Shown: positions 13,742 through 23,955, counted from the stretch's first letter. The stretch: DNA of 64,000 nt from Oscillospiraceae bacterium (GCA_022508885.1 JAFLUG010000002.1:6816-70815); one strand, 5' to 3'. Made by a program: numbers and translations. The notes: generated by a model not told the origin, from the letters alone.

Positions 13742-14471
13742 GGCTCACACCGCCTTTCACGATGTCCGCAAAATCACTGTTTTTAAATTCCTCAAGACTG
13801 CCGAAAAAGAAGCTGTCCTCGCGCATACAAAGCACGCGGTTGGCGTATTTAAGCGCGGCGGATATATCGTGAGTGACCATTATTACGGTAATTCCCTCTT
13901 TGTTTATCCGGGAGATCAGCTCGTAAAATTCCGCTGTTATTATCGGGTCGAGTCCCGTTACGGGCTCGTCAAGAAGCAGCAGTTTTTTTGTCGCGCAAAG
14001 CGCTCTCGCCAACAATACGCGCTGCTGCTGTCCGCCCGACAATTCGCGGTAGCTTCTATTTTTTAGCTCGGTTATGCCGAGCTTTTCGATGTTTTCAGCA
14101 GCGGTCTTGCGCTCCTTTGAAGAATAAAACGGACGCATTCCGCGGGAGTTAAGACAGCCCGAGATAACGACCTCAGACACACTCGCGGGAAAGCTTTTCT
14201 GCGCGCTTGTCTGCTGAGGAAGATAACCTATCTCGTTCTTTTGCAGTCCCTCGCCGAATTCTATCGTTCCGTTTTCGGGCTTTTTAAGCGACAGCAGAGC
14301 CTTTACAAGCGTGCTTTTTCCCGAGCCGTTTTCTCCGACAATGCACAGATAATCGCCGCTGCTTATCTCAAAGCTTAGATTTTCAATTACTGTCATATTC
14401 TCATACGACAGGCAAAGATTCTCTGTTTTAATTAAAGCCATTTTTTCCTCTGTTTCAATATAATCAACCAT
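13734..14471 (-). CDS. znuC: Metal ABC transporter ATP-binding protein
   Basis: Walker A GENGSGKST, signature LSGGQQQR, Walker B LLLLDEP. An alternative start at 14441 (after GAGGA) is equally plausible. Confidence 0.85.
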   Translation of the reverse strand: MVDYIETEEKMALIKTENLCLSYENMTVIENLSFEISSGDYLCIVGENGSGKSTLVKALLSLKKPENGTIEFGEGLQKNEIGYLPQQTSAQKSFPASVSEVVISGCLNSRGMRPFYSSKERKTAAENIEKLGITELKNRSYRELSGGQQQRVLLARALCATKKLLLLDEPVTGLDPIITAEFYELISRINKEGITVIMVTHDISAALKYANRVLCMREDSFFFGSLEEFKNSDFADIVKGGVSLD

Positions 14472-15435
14472 TATAATGGGTTATAAATGTTCTGTATTTC
14501 ATAGCATTTTCAATCACATCATAATTCCGTTCCATAAGCGAAACGTAGCTCTCCCCTGCCTCAAAATCATCGGCAGTTATGTTGTGACAGGAGTGAAATT
14601 CCGCAATCAGATCACTGTTTTCATTTGTCAGCGTCCGAGCGAGCTTAGTGTCAGAAAGTTCGATATGAAATACAACAGGTATTGTATCGCTGTCATTGAG
14701 TTTCTCAGTTAAAAACGCGATAGTCCTTGCTGAAGGCTCGGTTTCATCTCCGCAGCCCGGAAACGCAGCGTAATAATTAAGTCCGTATTCCTTGAAAAAG
14801 TACAAAAGCGGAAATCTGTCCGCGAAAACGAAATACCGCTTCTCCCCTGCCAATAATTCCTCAAAGCGTTTGTCAAGAGCGTTTATCTTTTCAATATAAC
14901 TCTTTGCGTTTTGTTCGTAAAACTCCGCTTTTTCGGGAGCGATATCCACAGCCGCGTTTTTTATGTTCTCAACAATTTTTACGGCGTTTTTGGGAGAAGT
15001 CCAGATATGCTCGTCATACTCGTCATACTCGTCTTCCCCGCTGTCGCTTTCCGCGATATTTTCATTTTCCTCCGTGAGTACCTCTACAGAGTCCATCATT
15101 CGCAGAGAATTTATTTCATCTAAGCCGCTGAGTATATTTTCGACCCACTGGTCGGATTCTCCGCCGTTATAAATAAACAGATCGCAGTTATTTATCTTTA
15201 CGATATCCTTTGCGGATGGGTCATAGCTGTGGCTTTCCGTTCTGGGCTTAAGCAAAAGAGTAACCTCTGCGGTGTCACCGAAAACCTGCCGCGCGAAGTC
15301 ATAAGCGGGAAAAATCGCGGTTACAATTCTAAGCTTGCCGTTTTCATCATCTTCGCTTTTACAGCCGCAGAATATCACCGCAGATAATGCCGCGACAAGT
15401 ATAAGTGCAATAAGTCTTCTAAGCATTGCTCTCAC
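14464..15435 (-). CDS. znuA: Metal (zinc) ABC transporter substrate-binding lipoprotein
   Basis: Lipobox VIFCGC. Cluster-9 SBP-like sequence with an acidic/His loop ESDSGEDEYDEYDEHIW, as in ZnuA-type proteins. Confidence 0.8.
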   Translation of the reverse strand: MRAMLRRLIALILVAALSAVIFCGCKSEDDENGKLRIVTAIFPAYDFARQVFGDTAEVTLLLKPRTESHSYDPSAKDIVKINNCDLFIYNGGESDQWVENILSGLDEINSLRMMDSVEVLTEENENIAESDSGEDEYDEYDEHIWTSPKNAVKIVENIKNAAVDIAPEKAEFYEQNAKSYIEKINALDKRFEELLAGEKRYFVFADRFPLLYFFKEYGLNYYAAFPGCGDETEPSARTIAFLTEKLNDSDTIPVVFHIELSDTKLARTLTNENSDLIAEFHSCHNITADDFEAGESYVSLMERNYDVIENAMKYRTFITHYNG

Positions 15436-15823
15436 CCTTCGCGCATTCGCCGCACAGTCCGTAAAATACGGTTTTTCCGATATCCACGAAAAAATCGTGC
15501 TTGGCTTTTATGTGGTTTTGTACTTCGTTTATAAAATCACAGTCAAGGTGTATAAGCCTACCGCATTTATCACAGCGCAGATGGAAATGCGAGGCGCATT
15601 CGTTGGAATCAGCAAGCTGATAGCACGAGGAATTCCCGTCTGTAAAGCGCTTTAAAATACCGCTTTCGGTGAGCTTTGAAAGCGTTCTGTATACCGTGGC
15701 TTCTCCAGAGGTTATTTCTCCGCTTTTGATTATATCCTTTGCGGAAAAGCATTTTCCGCGGCGTTTTGTGAAGAAATCGACGATCTCGTCGCGTTGTTTG
15801 GTTTTGTAACTGTTATCGCTCAT
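15419..15823 (-). CDS. zur: Fur-family metalloregulator (Zur-like)
   Basis: 134 aa, winged-helix N-terminus, Cys pairs CDKCG and CGEC. Embedded in the znu operon. Confidence 0.8.
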   Translation of the reverse strand: MSDNSYKTKQRDEIVDFFTKRRGKCFSAKDIIKSGEITSGEATVYRTLSKLTESGILKRFTDGNSSCYQLADSNECASHFHLRCDKCGRLIHLDCDFINEVQNHIKAKHDFFVDIGKTVFYGLCGECAKGESNA

Positions 15824-16353
15824 TTCGTCCTCACTTTCATCATTTCGAGTGCTGTCTCAATCGAAACACAATCGGCATATCTATCTTTCCAAATAAACTC
15901 GTTATAATATTTGTAGCTTTTTTCGGCGGACATAAAATCGTTGTCAAAGGTAGAGTTGCAATATTCGGGAACTATCATTTTAAAGTTGTGTTCAAATCCA
16001 CATTTTACGGTTGCATCAATACAGTAATCGGTTTGCAGTCCAACAATCATTATCTCTTTACTTTCAAGCGATTTGAGATACTCAAGCAGACCCGTCTGGT
16101 AAAACGCGCTGTTAGCGGTCTTGTCAAATATTTTTTCGCCGCTCAAGGGTTTAAATCCGCTGTAAATCTCAAAGCCCTCCGTACCTTTTGTTAGCGCTTT
16201 TCCTTCACCATCGTCGTGGCGAATAAATATCACTTCGATACAATTCTCTCTTGCGACTTTGATAAATTTTTTCACGTTTTCCTCAAACCTATCAAACATA
16301 TATAATTTATCATTTGTTATGAGTATTTGTGTATCAACTACCAAAAGAACCAT
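15820..16353 (-). CDS. Isochorismatase-family (cysteine hydrolase) protein
   Basis: 177 aa. VLLVVDTQ ... IVGLQTDYCIDATV matches the isochorismatase-like hydrolase catalytic Cys region. ATGA overlap with zur. Confidence 0.75.
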   Translation of the reverse strand: MVLLVVDTQILITNDKLYMFDRFEENVKKFIKVARENCIEVIFIRHDDGEGKALTKGTEGFEIYSGFKPLSGEKIFDKTANSAFYQTGLLEYLKSLESKEIMIVGLQTDYCIDATVKCGFEHNFKMIVPEYCNSTFDNDFMSAEKSYKYYNEFIWKDRYADCVSIETALEMMKVRTK

Positions 16354-16395
16354 TTTTGTTCTCCTTAAAATTTATATCTCTTGATTCTATAATTT

Positions 16396-16425
16396 GATAT
16401 TGACTATCATTTTCAAATTATAACA
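16396..16425 (-). promoter_or_regulatory. Extended -10 promoter element plus Fur/Zur-type box for the isochorismatase-zur-znu operon
   Basis: On the minus strand: TGTTATAAT (16425-16417), followed 2 nt later by GAAAATGATAGTCAATATC (16414-16396). The box matches the classical 19-bp Fur box GATAATGATAATCATTATC at 16 of 19 positions. Confidence 0.5.
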
Positions 16426-16535
16426 TATTTTTTTTAAAATTTCAATAGTTTTACTTGATTTTTTCTGAAAAAAGTAGTATAATTAAAGTGTAAATTTCGG
16501 GCAGAACGCCCTAAAAAACTATGGAGGAAAATAAT

Positions 16536-17114
16536 ATGGCAGAAATTCTCGTTGAAACATCGGCAAGACATGTACATGTTACAAAGGAAACTCTCGAGGT
16601 TCTTTTCGGAAAGGGCGCTGAGCTTACCAAGAAAAAGGATCTTTCCCAGCCCGGTCAGTACGCGAGTGAGCAGAGAGTTACGGTTGTAGGTCCTAAAAAG
16701 GAGCTTGCAAACGTTTCTATCCTCGGTCCTTGCCGCAATGCCGACCAGGTTGAGCTTTCGGCTACAGACGCACGTTCTATCGGAGTAGATATCGCAATCC
16801 GCGAGAGCGGCGACACCGCAGGTACGCCCGGATGCACCCTTAAAGGTCCCGCAGGCGAGGTTACTATCAAAGAGGGGGTTATTGTAGCTAAGCGCCACAT
16901 ACATCTTACTCCCGAAACAGCCGACAAGCTCGGCGTTAAAAACAAGGACACAGTCTGGGTAAAGTGCAAGACAAACGGCAGAGAGGCTATTCTCGGCGAT
17001 GTTGTCGTAAGAGTAAGCGATCAGTTTGCTGACGCTATGCACATCGATACAGACGAGAGCAACGCCATTTCCGCAACGCCCAATCTTATGGGCGAAATAA
17101 TTAAAAGCATTTAA
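16536..17114 (+). CDS. pduL: Phosphate propanoyltransferase (PduL family)
   Basis: ARHVHVTKETLEVLFG ... AKRHIHLTPE duplicated PduL motifs. I prefer the ATG at 16536 (GGAGG 6 nt upstream) over 16521. Confidence 0.85.
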   Translation: MAEILVETSARHVHVTKETLEVLFGKGAELTKKKDLSQPGQYASEQRVTVVGPKKELANVSILGPCRNADQVELSATDARSIGVDIAIRESGDTAGTPGCTLKGPAGEVTIKEGVIVAKRHIHLTPETADKLGVKNKDTVWVKCKTNGREAILGDVVVRVSDQFADAMHIDTDESNAISATPNLMGEIIKSI

Positions 17115-17130
17115 CAATACTTAAAGAAAA

Positions 17131-17166
17131 ACGGCTTGACTAAACTGTCAGGCCGTTATTTTTTTC
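17131..17166 (+). terminator. Rho-independent terminator after pduL
   Basis: ACGGCTTGAC-taaact-GTCAGGCCGT followed by TATTTTTTTC. It overlaps the 3' end of the convergent gene. Confidence 0.7.
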
Positions 17167-17604
17167 TTCAAGCATTTTTTCCGCCAAATCCGCCGCGTAT
17201 TTACAGAGCATAGGACAAGGGCGTTTTTTGTAGTACTCGGGCGTTCGAGCCTCAGGCTCTGCGGAAGCCTCCATCTTTTCAAGCCCCAAAAGCTCCCGGC
17301 AGATCATGCTTTTGTTGTCCTTGCGAAATTCCTCGGCGGCGGCGCGTATCTTTTCGTAAAGCGCCTTTTTGGCTTCAATATTCTTCGGCTCGGAATAGCC
17401 GTAAACCTCGCTTAATATCATCACCAAACCCAGAAAGGTCCCGCATACCTCTCTCATTCTGCCTACTCCCCCGCCGAAACCGCCGGAAATTCTCGCAAGC
17501 TTTTTTTCGTCAAGTCCGAAAATATCGGAAAATGCGACGGTTACAGCCTGAGTGCAGTTATATCCCTTAAGAAAATTTTCGTAGGCAATATCTCCGCGGC
17601 TCAT
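17140..17604 (-). CDS. C_GCAxxG_C_C family redox-active protein
   Basis: GYNCTQAV near the N-terminus, CGTFLG in the centre, C-terminal RPCPMLC. Confidence 0.7.
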   Translation of the reverse strand: MSRGDIAYENFLKGYNCTQAVTVAFSDIFGLDEKKLARISGGFGGGVGRMREVCGTFLGLVMILSEVYGYSEPKNIEAKKALYEKIRAAAEEFRKDNKSMICRELLGLEKMEASAEPEARTPEYYKKRPCPMLCKYAADLAEKMLEEKNNGLTV

Positions 17605-18428
17605 TTGCAGAATTCCTCAACAGCGTCCGCAATCGGATCAGCGGCGGTTGTTTCCATAAGCTCCAGCAATCCGGTGTCAACAAGCTTAGCAAGCTCCGCG
17701 TCGATCGGCAGCTTAGCAATGACCTTAAGATTAAATTTACCTGCGGTTTCTTCAATATGACTCTCACCGAAAACGCTTATGCGCTTTTTGCAGTCGGGGC
17801 ACTCAATATAGCTCATATTTTCAACCAGACCTATTATCGGAATGTTCATCATTTCAGCCATTTTCACGGCTTTTCCGACGATCATTGAAACAAGCTCCTG
17901 CGGAGACGTTACGACAATTATTCCGTCAAGCGGAATGGACTGAAACACCGTAAGCGGCACATCGCCCGTTCCCGGAGGCATATCCACAAACATATAGTCC
18001 ACATCGTCCCAGATAACGTCAGTCCAGAACTGCTTCGCCGTACCCGCGATTATCGGTCCGCGCCACACAACAGGGTCGGTATCGTCGGGTAGAAGCAGAT
18101 TTACGCTCATAACGCGTATTCCCTTCTTGGTCACAACGGGAAAAATCGCGGTCTCGGTTCCCTGAGCCTTTTCTTTTAATCCAAACGCCTTCGGAACGGA
18201 AGGTCCGGTAATATCCGCGTCAAGTATAGCTGTGCTGAAGCCTCTCCGGTTCATAAGAACAGCGCTCATACATGTTACGAGGGATTTTCCCACTCCTCCC
18301 TTTCCGCTGACAATTCCGATGACCTTTTTGATGTGTGAAAGCTCGTGAGGCTTTTCGATAAAGCTTTTAGGGTCGCGCTCCGCGCAATTTTCGGAGCACC
18401 CCGAACAATCGTGACTGCATTCGCTCAT
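17601..18428 (-). CDS. Mrp/NBP35 (ApbC) family iron-sulfur cluster carrier ATPase
   Basis: Cys-rich N-terminus, deviant Walker A GKGGVGKS, and the CPDC motif. Confidence 0.85.
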   Translation of the reverse strand: MSECSHDCSGCSENCAERDPKSFIEKPHELSHIKKVIGIVSGKGGVGKSLVTCMSAVLMNRRGFSTAILDADITGPSVPKAFGLKEKAQGTETAIFPVVTKKGIRVMSVNLLLPDDTDPVVWRGPIIAGTAKQFWTDVIWDDVDYMFVDMPPGTGDVPLTVFQSIPLDGIIVVTSPQELVSMIVGKAVKMAEMMNIPIIGLVENMSYIECPDCKKRISVFGESHIEETAGKFNLKVIAKLPIDAELAKLVDTGLLELMETTAADPIADAVEEFCK

Positions 18429-18465
18429 TTGTATAATTTCCTTTCATATCTATTATCACAAAAGA

Positions 18466-18912
18466 CTAAAGCTGCTTTCTGTATATCTGCGAGTTTTCAT
18501 CTTTTATGTATCCCAGACGTTTCAGCAAGTTTTCCTTGATTTCATCATCCGCGCAAAACCTCATCTCACCGCAAAGCATCTGCGAGGCCCACTGTTCAAC
18601 CGCTCTCAGCAGATACTCATCCGCGCCGTTTTTTCGGTAATATTCAACAGTGACAAAATCAACCACCTCTGCGTAATGCCCGAATCTCAGGGATAAGATC
18701 TCTTTTACATAAGCGTAGCCCGCAACGCGGTTTCCGTGGTTTACTGTCAGAAAAATGCTTTTGCTGTCCTTTATAATATCCTCAAAAATAAGCCTGCTGT
18801 TATATTCGGACAAACAACTCTCACCGAGCAATCTGCTGTTTATCAGATAAATATATTTAAAATCCTCGGGCAGCGCTCTTTTCAGATAGAAATTAAACAT
18901 CCGCTTCCTCAA
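18466..18912 (-). CDS. GNAT family N-acetyltransferase
   Basis: 148 aa. An acetyl-CoA-binding-like YRKNGADEYLL segment. Confidence 0.6.
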   Translation of the reverse strand: MRKRMFNFYLKRALPEDFKYIYLINSRLLGESCLSEYNSRLIFEDIIKDSKSIFLTVNHGNRVAGYAYVKEILSLRFGHYAEVVDFVTVEYYRKNGADEYLLRAVEQWASQMLCGEMRFCADDEIKENLLKRLGYIKDENSQIYRKQL

Positions 18913-20068
18913 TTATCTTGTCGGCAAAACCTTTTCCGTCTACCTTATCATCAACGCCCAATAGTTTTAAAACCGTTCCGGCAATTTCACAAAAGCCCGA
19001 CATTGTTCCCAGATTGACGGGTTTTATTTGCTTTCCGTAAATCAACACGGGGATATATTCCCGTGTGTGGTCTGTACCGCTGTGGCAAGGATCACAGCCA
19101 TGGTCGGCGGTCAGTATCAGAACATCGTCGGGACGCATATTCCGCATGAAATCACCTAACCATACATCAAACTCGTTCAGGGCATTTGTATATCCATCGG
19201 GATCGCGGCGATGACCGTACTGCATATCAAAATCCACAAGATTTGTAAAGCAAAGCCCATTCCAGTCATTTTCCTGATACTTTGAGGTTATCCTCATATC
19301 GTTGGCGTTTCCGATTTCACGCTCGGCAGTTGTAACACCCTTCCCCGCGAAAATGTCGTAGATTTTTCCTACTCCTATAGCTTCAAAGCCACTTCTGCTG
19401 AGAATATCAAGCATTGTGTCCTTTGGCGGAACAAGCGAAAAATCATGTCTGCGGGGAGTTCTTGTAAAAGGAAATTCATCTTCAAACGGACGGGCGATAA
19501 CTCTCCCGACGGCATAATCGCCGGTGAGAATATCGCGCGCAGTTTTGCAGTACTCGTAAAGCGTTTCTACCGGAACAATATCCTCGTGCGCGGCTATCTG
19601 AAAAACGCTGTCCGCCGATGTGTAGACTATAAGCGCGCCCGTCATCATATGCTCTTCGCCGTAGTCCGCGATTACCTTAGTTCCCGAATACGGAAGGTTG
19701 CACAATGTTTTCCTGCCTGTCCGACGTTCAAATTCACCGATGATCTCTTTCGGAAATCCGTTTGGAAAGACAGGAAACGGTTTTTCACTTATCATTCCCG
19801 CGATCTCCCAATGTCCGGTCGTTGTGTCCTTGCCTTTTGAAATCTCGGACAAACGCAAAAACGCGCCGCGCGGAACATTTTCTTTCTCTCCGAAATCAAC
19901 GCCGTCAATATTAAACAATCCAAGCCTCGTCAGATTAGGCACGCTCAGCTTTCCCGTATTATAGCATGAGCGCAAAGTATTTGCCCCCTCATCGCCGAAA
20001 TCAGCCGCATCGGGCATTTCGCCTATGCCAAAGCTGTCCAAAACCGTAAGAAATACGCGTTTAGTCAT
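18893..20068 (-). CDS. deoB: Phosphopentomutase
   Basis: 391 aa. LDSFGIG...PDA, TTGHWE and TADHGCDP motifs. Confidence 0.92.
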   Translation of the reverse strand: MTKRVFLTVLDSFGIGEMPDAADFGDEGANTLRSCYNTGKLSVPNLTRLGLFNIDGVDFGEKENVPRGAFLRLSEISKGKDTTTGHWEIAGMISEKPFPVFPNGFPKEIIGEFERRTGRKTLCNLPYSGTKVIADYGEEHMMTGALIVYTSADSVFQIAAHEDIVPVETLYEYCKTARDILTGDYAVGRVIARPFEDEFPFTRTPRRHDFSLVPPKDTMLDILSRSGFEAIGVGKIYDIFAGKGVTTAEREIGNANDMRITSKYQENDWNGLCFTNLVDFDMQYGHRRDPDGYTNALNEFDVWLGDFMRNMRPDDVLILTADHGCDPCHSGTDHTREYIPVLIYGKQIKPVNLGTMSGFCEIAGTVLKLLGVDDKVDGKGFADKIIEEADV

Positions 20069-20725
20069 TCAATCACCTTCAATTAAAAGCTTAACTGCCG
20101 AACTTGTGCCTATTCTGTCGCAGCCCGCGTTCAAAAACATTTCTATCTGCTCTTTGGTTTTAATTCCGCCCGCGGCCTTAATTTTAATATCGTCGCCGAT
20201 ATGCTTTCTGAAAAGCTCGACGTCACGGATATCCGCTCCCGCAGAACCAAAGCCCGTAGAGGTCTTGATATAATCAGCTCCCGCGCTTGTAACAACTCTG
20301 CACATCTCAACCTTTTCCTGCTCTGTAAGATTACAGGTTTCAACAATTACTTTCAGGATATTGAATTCACAGGCTTCTTTTATCAGCGCTATTTCCCTTT
20401 CAATAAGCGAAAATCTGCCGTTTTTTACGTCGGTCTGATTAACGACCATATCAATTTCGTTCGCGCCGCATTCTATCGCGTCTTTTGTTTCAAACCACTT
20501 TACGTTGGTCGTAGAATAGCCGAGGGGAAAACCGATAACGGTACATATGTTGAGCTCAGGGAAATTCTTGCGGGCACGCCTTATAAAACATGGCGGAATA
20601 CATACGGACGCGGTGTGATATTTAAGCGCCTCACGGCAAAGCGCGGCAATTTGCTTTGATGTCGCCGCGGGATTTAATAATGTATGGTCGATATGCGTAA
20701 AAATCTCAGAATTTTCCATAAGCAT
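20069..20725 (-). CDS. deoC: Deoxyribose-phosphate aldolase
   Basis: 218 aa. IDHTLL ... VIGFPLG ... ADYIKTSTGF (Schiff-base Lys). Confidence 0.92.
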   Translation of the reverse strand: MLMENSEIFTHIDHTLLNPAATSKQIAALCREALKYHTASVCIPPCFIRRARKNFPELNICTVIGFPLGYSTTNVKWFETKDAIECGANEIDMVVNQTDVKNGRFSLIEREIALIKEACEFNILKVIVETCNLTEQEKVEMCRVVTSAGADYIKTSTGFGSAGADIRDVELFRKHIGDDIKIKAAGGIKTKEQIEMFLNAGCDRIGTSSAVKLLIEGD

Positions 20726-20732
20726 CCCCTCT

Positions 20733-21983
20733 TTAAGAAAGTTTGCGCCTTAACAGTGAACGCGGCGGCGCGACAATGTCGGTTATTATCGCGATCTGCT
20801 CCATAGGATGATTTGCAACGGTAATCTTCTCACCGTTTTTGTCAAGCATTGTCTTTGGAGCAAATTTAATCGGCTCTTTTCCGGCAATCAACAGCTCAAG
20901 CTCGTCGGACAGCTCGAAATAATTACGAACAGTAAGTTTCATGACCCCGTTTTCACACCCGTCAACAGCCCCTACAAAATCATAATCGCGGATATACCCG
21001 CTGTCCGCAAAATATTGACCGCCATTTGTTATTTCCGACGGATTTTGTGAACAGCTTCCGTCCCGCGGACTTCCGTAGAAAAAACCGGTGCAATACGGAC
21101 GGTGGCTTATTTTATCCATTTCTCTGACGACCCATTCGGGCAGACTTTCGCCTCTTAGCACATAGTCTAACGCCGTTCGGTAGGCATTTGTAGTAAGCGC
21201 GGTATAATACGCAGATTTTGCCCTGCCTTCTATTTTAAGACTGTCGATCCCGACATCAAGCAAGTCGTTAATATGCTCTATCATGCACATATCCCGAGCG
21301 TTTAGGATAAAACTCCCGCGCTCGTCCTCAAAAATTTTGTAAAACTCTCCGGGACGCTTTTGCTCCATCAGATAATACTCCCAACGGCATGGCTGAGCGC
21401 ACTCGCCGCGGTTGGCGTTTCTTCCCGTGAGATACTCGGAGATAAGACATCTGCCTGAAAACGAAACACACATCGCGCCGTGTACAAAGGCTTCGATCTC
21501 CATATCCTCGGGAATATTCTTTCTGATTTTCCTTATTTCCGCAAGATTTAATTCGCGCGCCAAAACCGCGCGTTTTACTCCCATTTTGTAAAGCTCGGAA
21601 GCTGTCCGGTAGTTTACGATCCCCGTCTGAGTGGACGCGTGTATTTCCAGCTTAGGCTGAGTTTCACGAATTAGCGAGATTATCCCTATATCCGCGGCAA
21701 TAACCGCGTCAACGCCGGCGTTAGCGGCAGCCGAAATAAATTCGGGAAAACGCTCGATCTCATCATTGCTCGGAACAATGTTGCAGGTAATGTAGACTTT
21801 CACGCCTTTCTTATGCGCTGTCTCCACGGCTGAACAAAGTTCTTCCTCTGTGAAATTTTTCGCGCCCGCCCTCATTCCATAGGATTTTCCTCCGAGATAA
21901 ACAGCGTCCGCGCCGTAATCGAGAGCATAAAGCAGACTTTCAAAATCCCCTGTTGGAGAAAGAAGTTCGGGTTTTCTGTTCAA
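20733..21983 (-). CDS. Peptidase U32 family protein
   Basis: 416 aa. N-terminal PELLSPTGDFESLLYALDYGADAVYLGG is typical of U32/PrtC-like proteins. Confidence 0.85.
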   Translation of the reverse strand: MNRKPELLSPTGDFESLLYALDYGADAVYLGGKSYGMRAGAKNFTEEELCSAVETAHKKGVKVYITCNIVPSNDEIERFPEFISAAANAGVDAVIAADIGIISLIRETQPKLEIHASTQTGIVNYRTASELYKMGVKRAVLARELNLAEIRKIRKNIPEDMEIEAFVHGAMCVSFSGRCLISEYLTGRNANRGECAQPCRWEYYLMEQKRPGEFYKIFEDERGSFILNARDMCMIEHINDLLDVGIDSLKIEGRAKSAYYTALTTNAYRTALDYVLRGESLPEWVVREMDKISHRPYCTGFFYGSPRDGSCSQNPSEITNGGQYFADSGYIRDYDFVGAVDGCENGVMKLTVRNYFELSDELELLIAGKEPIKFAPKTMLDKNGEKITVANHPMEQIAIITDIVAPPRSLLRRKLS

Positions 21984-21989
21984 TGTTGT

Positions 21990-23411
21990 TTACCTCTCGT
22001 CATTTTCCTCCCTGAGAGCAGCGTCGATTATATTCTGCTCGTGTTCTTCCCGTGTTCTTGCCCAGTAGAAGGTTCCGTCCTTGCTCGCAAGGAAGAAGTA
22101 ATAATTTGTTTTTGACGGATACAGAGCCGCGTCTATTTCAGCAAGTCCCGGATTGCAGATAGCTCCCGCGGGCAGTCCCTCGCAATTATAGGTGTCGTAA
22201 GCGTTGATGATCTCCTGCATTTTAGCGTTGTTGGCGGCAGTTACCGATGGCTTGATCGACTTGTTGATATAGGTGTAGGTAGTATCCGACTCAAGTCTCG
22301 GGAATGTTTCGGAATCGTTTAGTCGATTGTGGAATACCGAGGAAATTCCCTTCATATTGTCTTCGTCGGTTCCCTCCCAACATATGAGAGAAGCAAGACG
22401 TATGACCTCGTCGAGCGTCATACCGAGTTCTTCCATTCTTTCTCTCATAGACTTTGTAATTTTGCTTTCAAAGTTTTCATACATTTTTTCCGCGGCAATT
22501 TCAGCATAATGCGTCGTATCGAAATTGGGATTGTTCTTCAGATCATCGATAACATAAAACTCGTAGGTGTCAGGGAACAAATATCCCTCGAGCATATTAA
22601 GGCGATTTGGATCGTTTTCTATGACCTCTTCAAAGTCGTATTTGTTCAATTTATGTTTGTAGTAATTTTCGAAGTCAACTGCCCTGCATACATAATTTGA
22701 CTCGAGAAGCTCTCCGATTTCCTTGGCTGTATAGCCCTCCGGAATAGTGACCTTAATGGTCTGAGTATACTGCTTCGGTGATTTCAGAGTATCAATAAGA
22801 CTTCCGTAAGACATATTTGAATAAAGCGTATAACTGCCGGTTAAGAACGGCTTTTCTTTGTCGCCTACAAGATTTATATATGCTTTCATAAAAAACGGCA
22901 TATTTATTATTCCGTTTTTATACAGCTCATCAACGATCTTATCCGAAGGCATACTGCTGTCAATTGTAACTTCTGCCGTACGGATCGTCTTTGCCATTCC
23001 CGTAAAATCACGCAGACCGTTTATTGAAAGAATCGCGAGAAGTACCCCTATTACAATCGAAGCCGCGGAAAGGAGAACTCCGAGAAAAACCTGTCCCATT
23101 GTCCTCGTGTGATTTATCTGAGTCTTTTTCTTGCGCTTTTTACGGCGTTTAACACTGTTTTCAGGCGAAGTATTACGTGCGGAATTATCCGAAACGGAGT
23201 CCATAAGTCTGGTCTGCTGCAAGTCGTCGGGTGAATTAAGCTCCGTAAACTCTTCCCTCGAGCGGATAGGCCTGTTCTCTTCCGAATAGTCCGTAATGCT
23301 CGACATTTCCTGAGTCTTTTCTATATCGCTTTCATCGCCAAGCAGCGACAGCTCACCCGAGTTTTCCGTATCTTCTGATTTAAATTCATCTCTAAATTGA
23401 TTTTCGTCCAT
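21990..23411 (-). CDS. mltG: Endolytic murein transglycosylase (YceG/MltG family)
   Basis: TM anchor, YceG-like domain, C-terminal GLPAGAICNPGLAEIDAALYP...YYFFLA. I prefer the start at 23411 (MDENQF, GGAGG upstream) over 23483. Confidence 0.85.
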   Translation of the reverse strand: MDENQFRDEFKSEDTENSGELSLLGDESDIEKTQEMSSITDYSEENRPIRSREEFTELNSPDDLQQTRLMDSVSDNSARNTSPENSVKRRKKRKKKTQINHTRTMGQVFLGVLLSAASIVIGVLLAILSINGLRDFTGMAKTIRTAEVTIDSSMPSDKIVDELYKNGIINMPFFMKAYINLVGDKEKPFLTGSYTLYSNMSYGSLIDTLKSPKQYTQTIKVTIPEGYTAKEIGELLESNYVCRAVDFENYYKHKLNKYDFEEVIENDPNRLNMLEGYLFPDTYEFYVIDDLKNNPNFDTTHYAEIAAEKMYENFESKITKSMRERMEELGMTLDEVIRLASLICWEGTDEDNMKGISSVFHNRLNDSETFPRLESDTTYTYINKSIKPSVTAANNAKMQEIINAYDTYNCEGLPAGAICNPGLAEIDAALYPSKTNYYFFLASKDGTFYWARTREEHEQNIIDAALREENDER

Positions 23412-23424
23412 TGCCGACCTCCGA

Positions 23425-23955
23425 TTATTTGTCAAAAACCGTAAACGTTGTCCGCATATCAAAAGGCTCCGTTGGAACCTCACGCTTAAAATCCTTATAG
23501 CATATTGTTATGCTTGTACCCTTGAAATTCCTTAAAAACCGGTCGTAATAGCCCTTTCCGTAGCCCAGCCGAAATCCGTTTCCGTCCGCGCATAGCGCGG
23601 GAACAACGCACAGCGTTTTTTCGTCAGCCAAAGCGGGTCTTATTTTCGGCGGTTCGTCAATATTGTACCTTCCTTTAGAAAGTTCATCAATGCTTTCAAT
23701 ATAGTAGAATGAAAGCTCCTTATCGCCGCTTACGGGCAGAGCGACAGAAATTCCCTTTTTCAAGCAGTGATCAATAAACCGTCTTGTATCAACCTCTATT
23801 TCCATAGAAGCATAGCAGAAAACCGAGCCCGCGTTATCAAGAAACGGCAGAAGCTGTTGGAAAATGCTCTCGTCCGCGTCCGACTTTTCCGCTTTGGTCA
23901 TAGCTTTTCTTTGTTTGATCAACTCGCGTCTGAGGTTTATCTTTATTTCGCGCAT
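23425..23955 (-). CDS. 5-formyltetrahydrofolate cyclo-ligase
   Basis: 176 aa. The GYGKGYYDRFL motif. Confidence 0.85.
   Translation of the reverse strand: MREIKINLRRELIKQRKAMTKAEKSDADESIFQQLLPFLDNAGSVFCYASMEIEVDTRRFIDHCLKKGISVALPVSGDKELSFYYIESIDELSKGRYNIDEPPKIRPALADEKTLCVVPALCADGNGFRLGYGKGYYDRFLRNFKGTSITICYKDFKREVPTEPFDMRTTFTVFDK

Noticed and set aside
16434-17117. 227-aa minus-strand ORF
   Set aside because: It is fully antisense to pduL, which has strong family motifs and an RBS. Cys/Ala-rich shadow frame.
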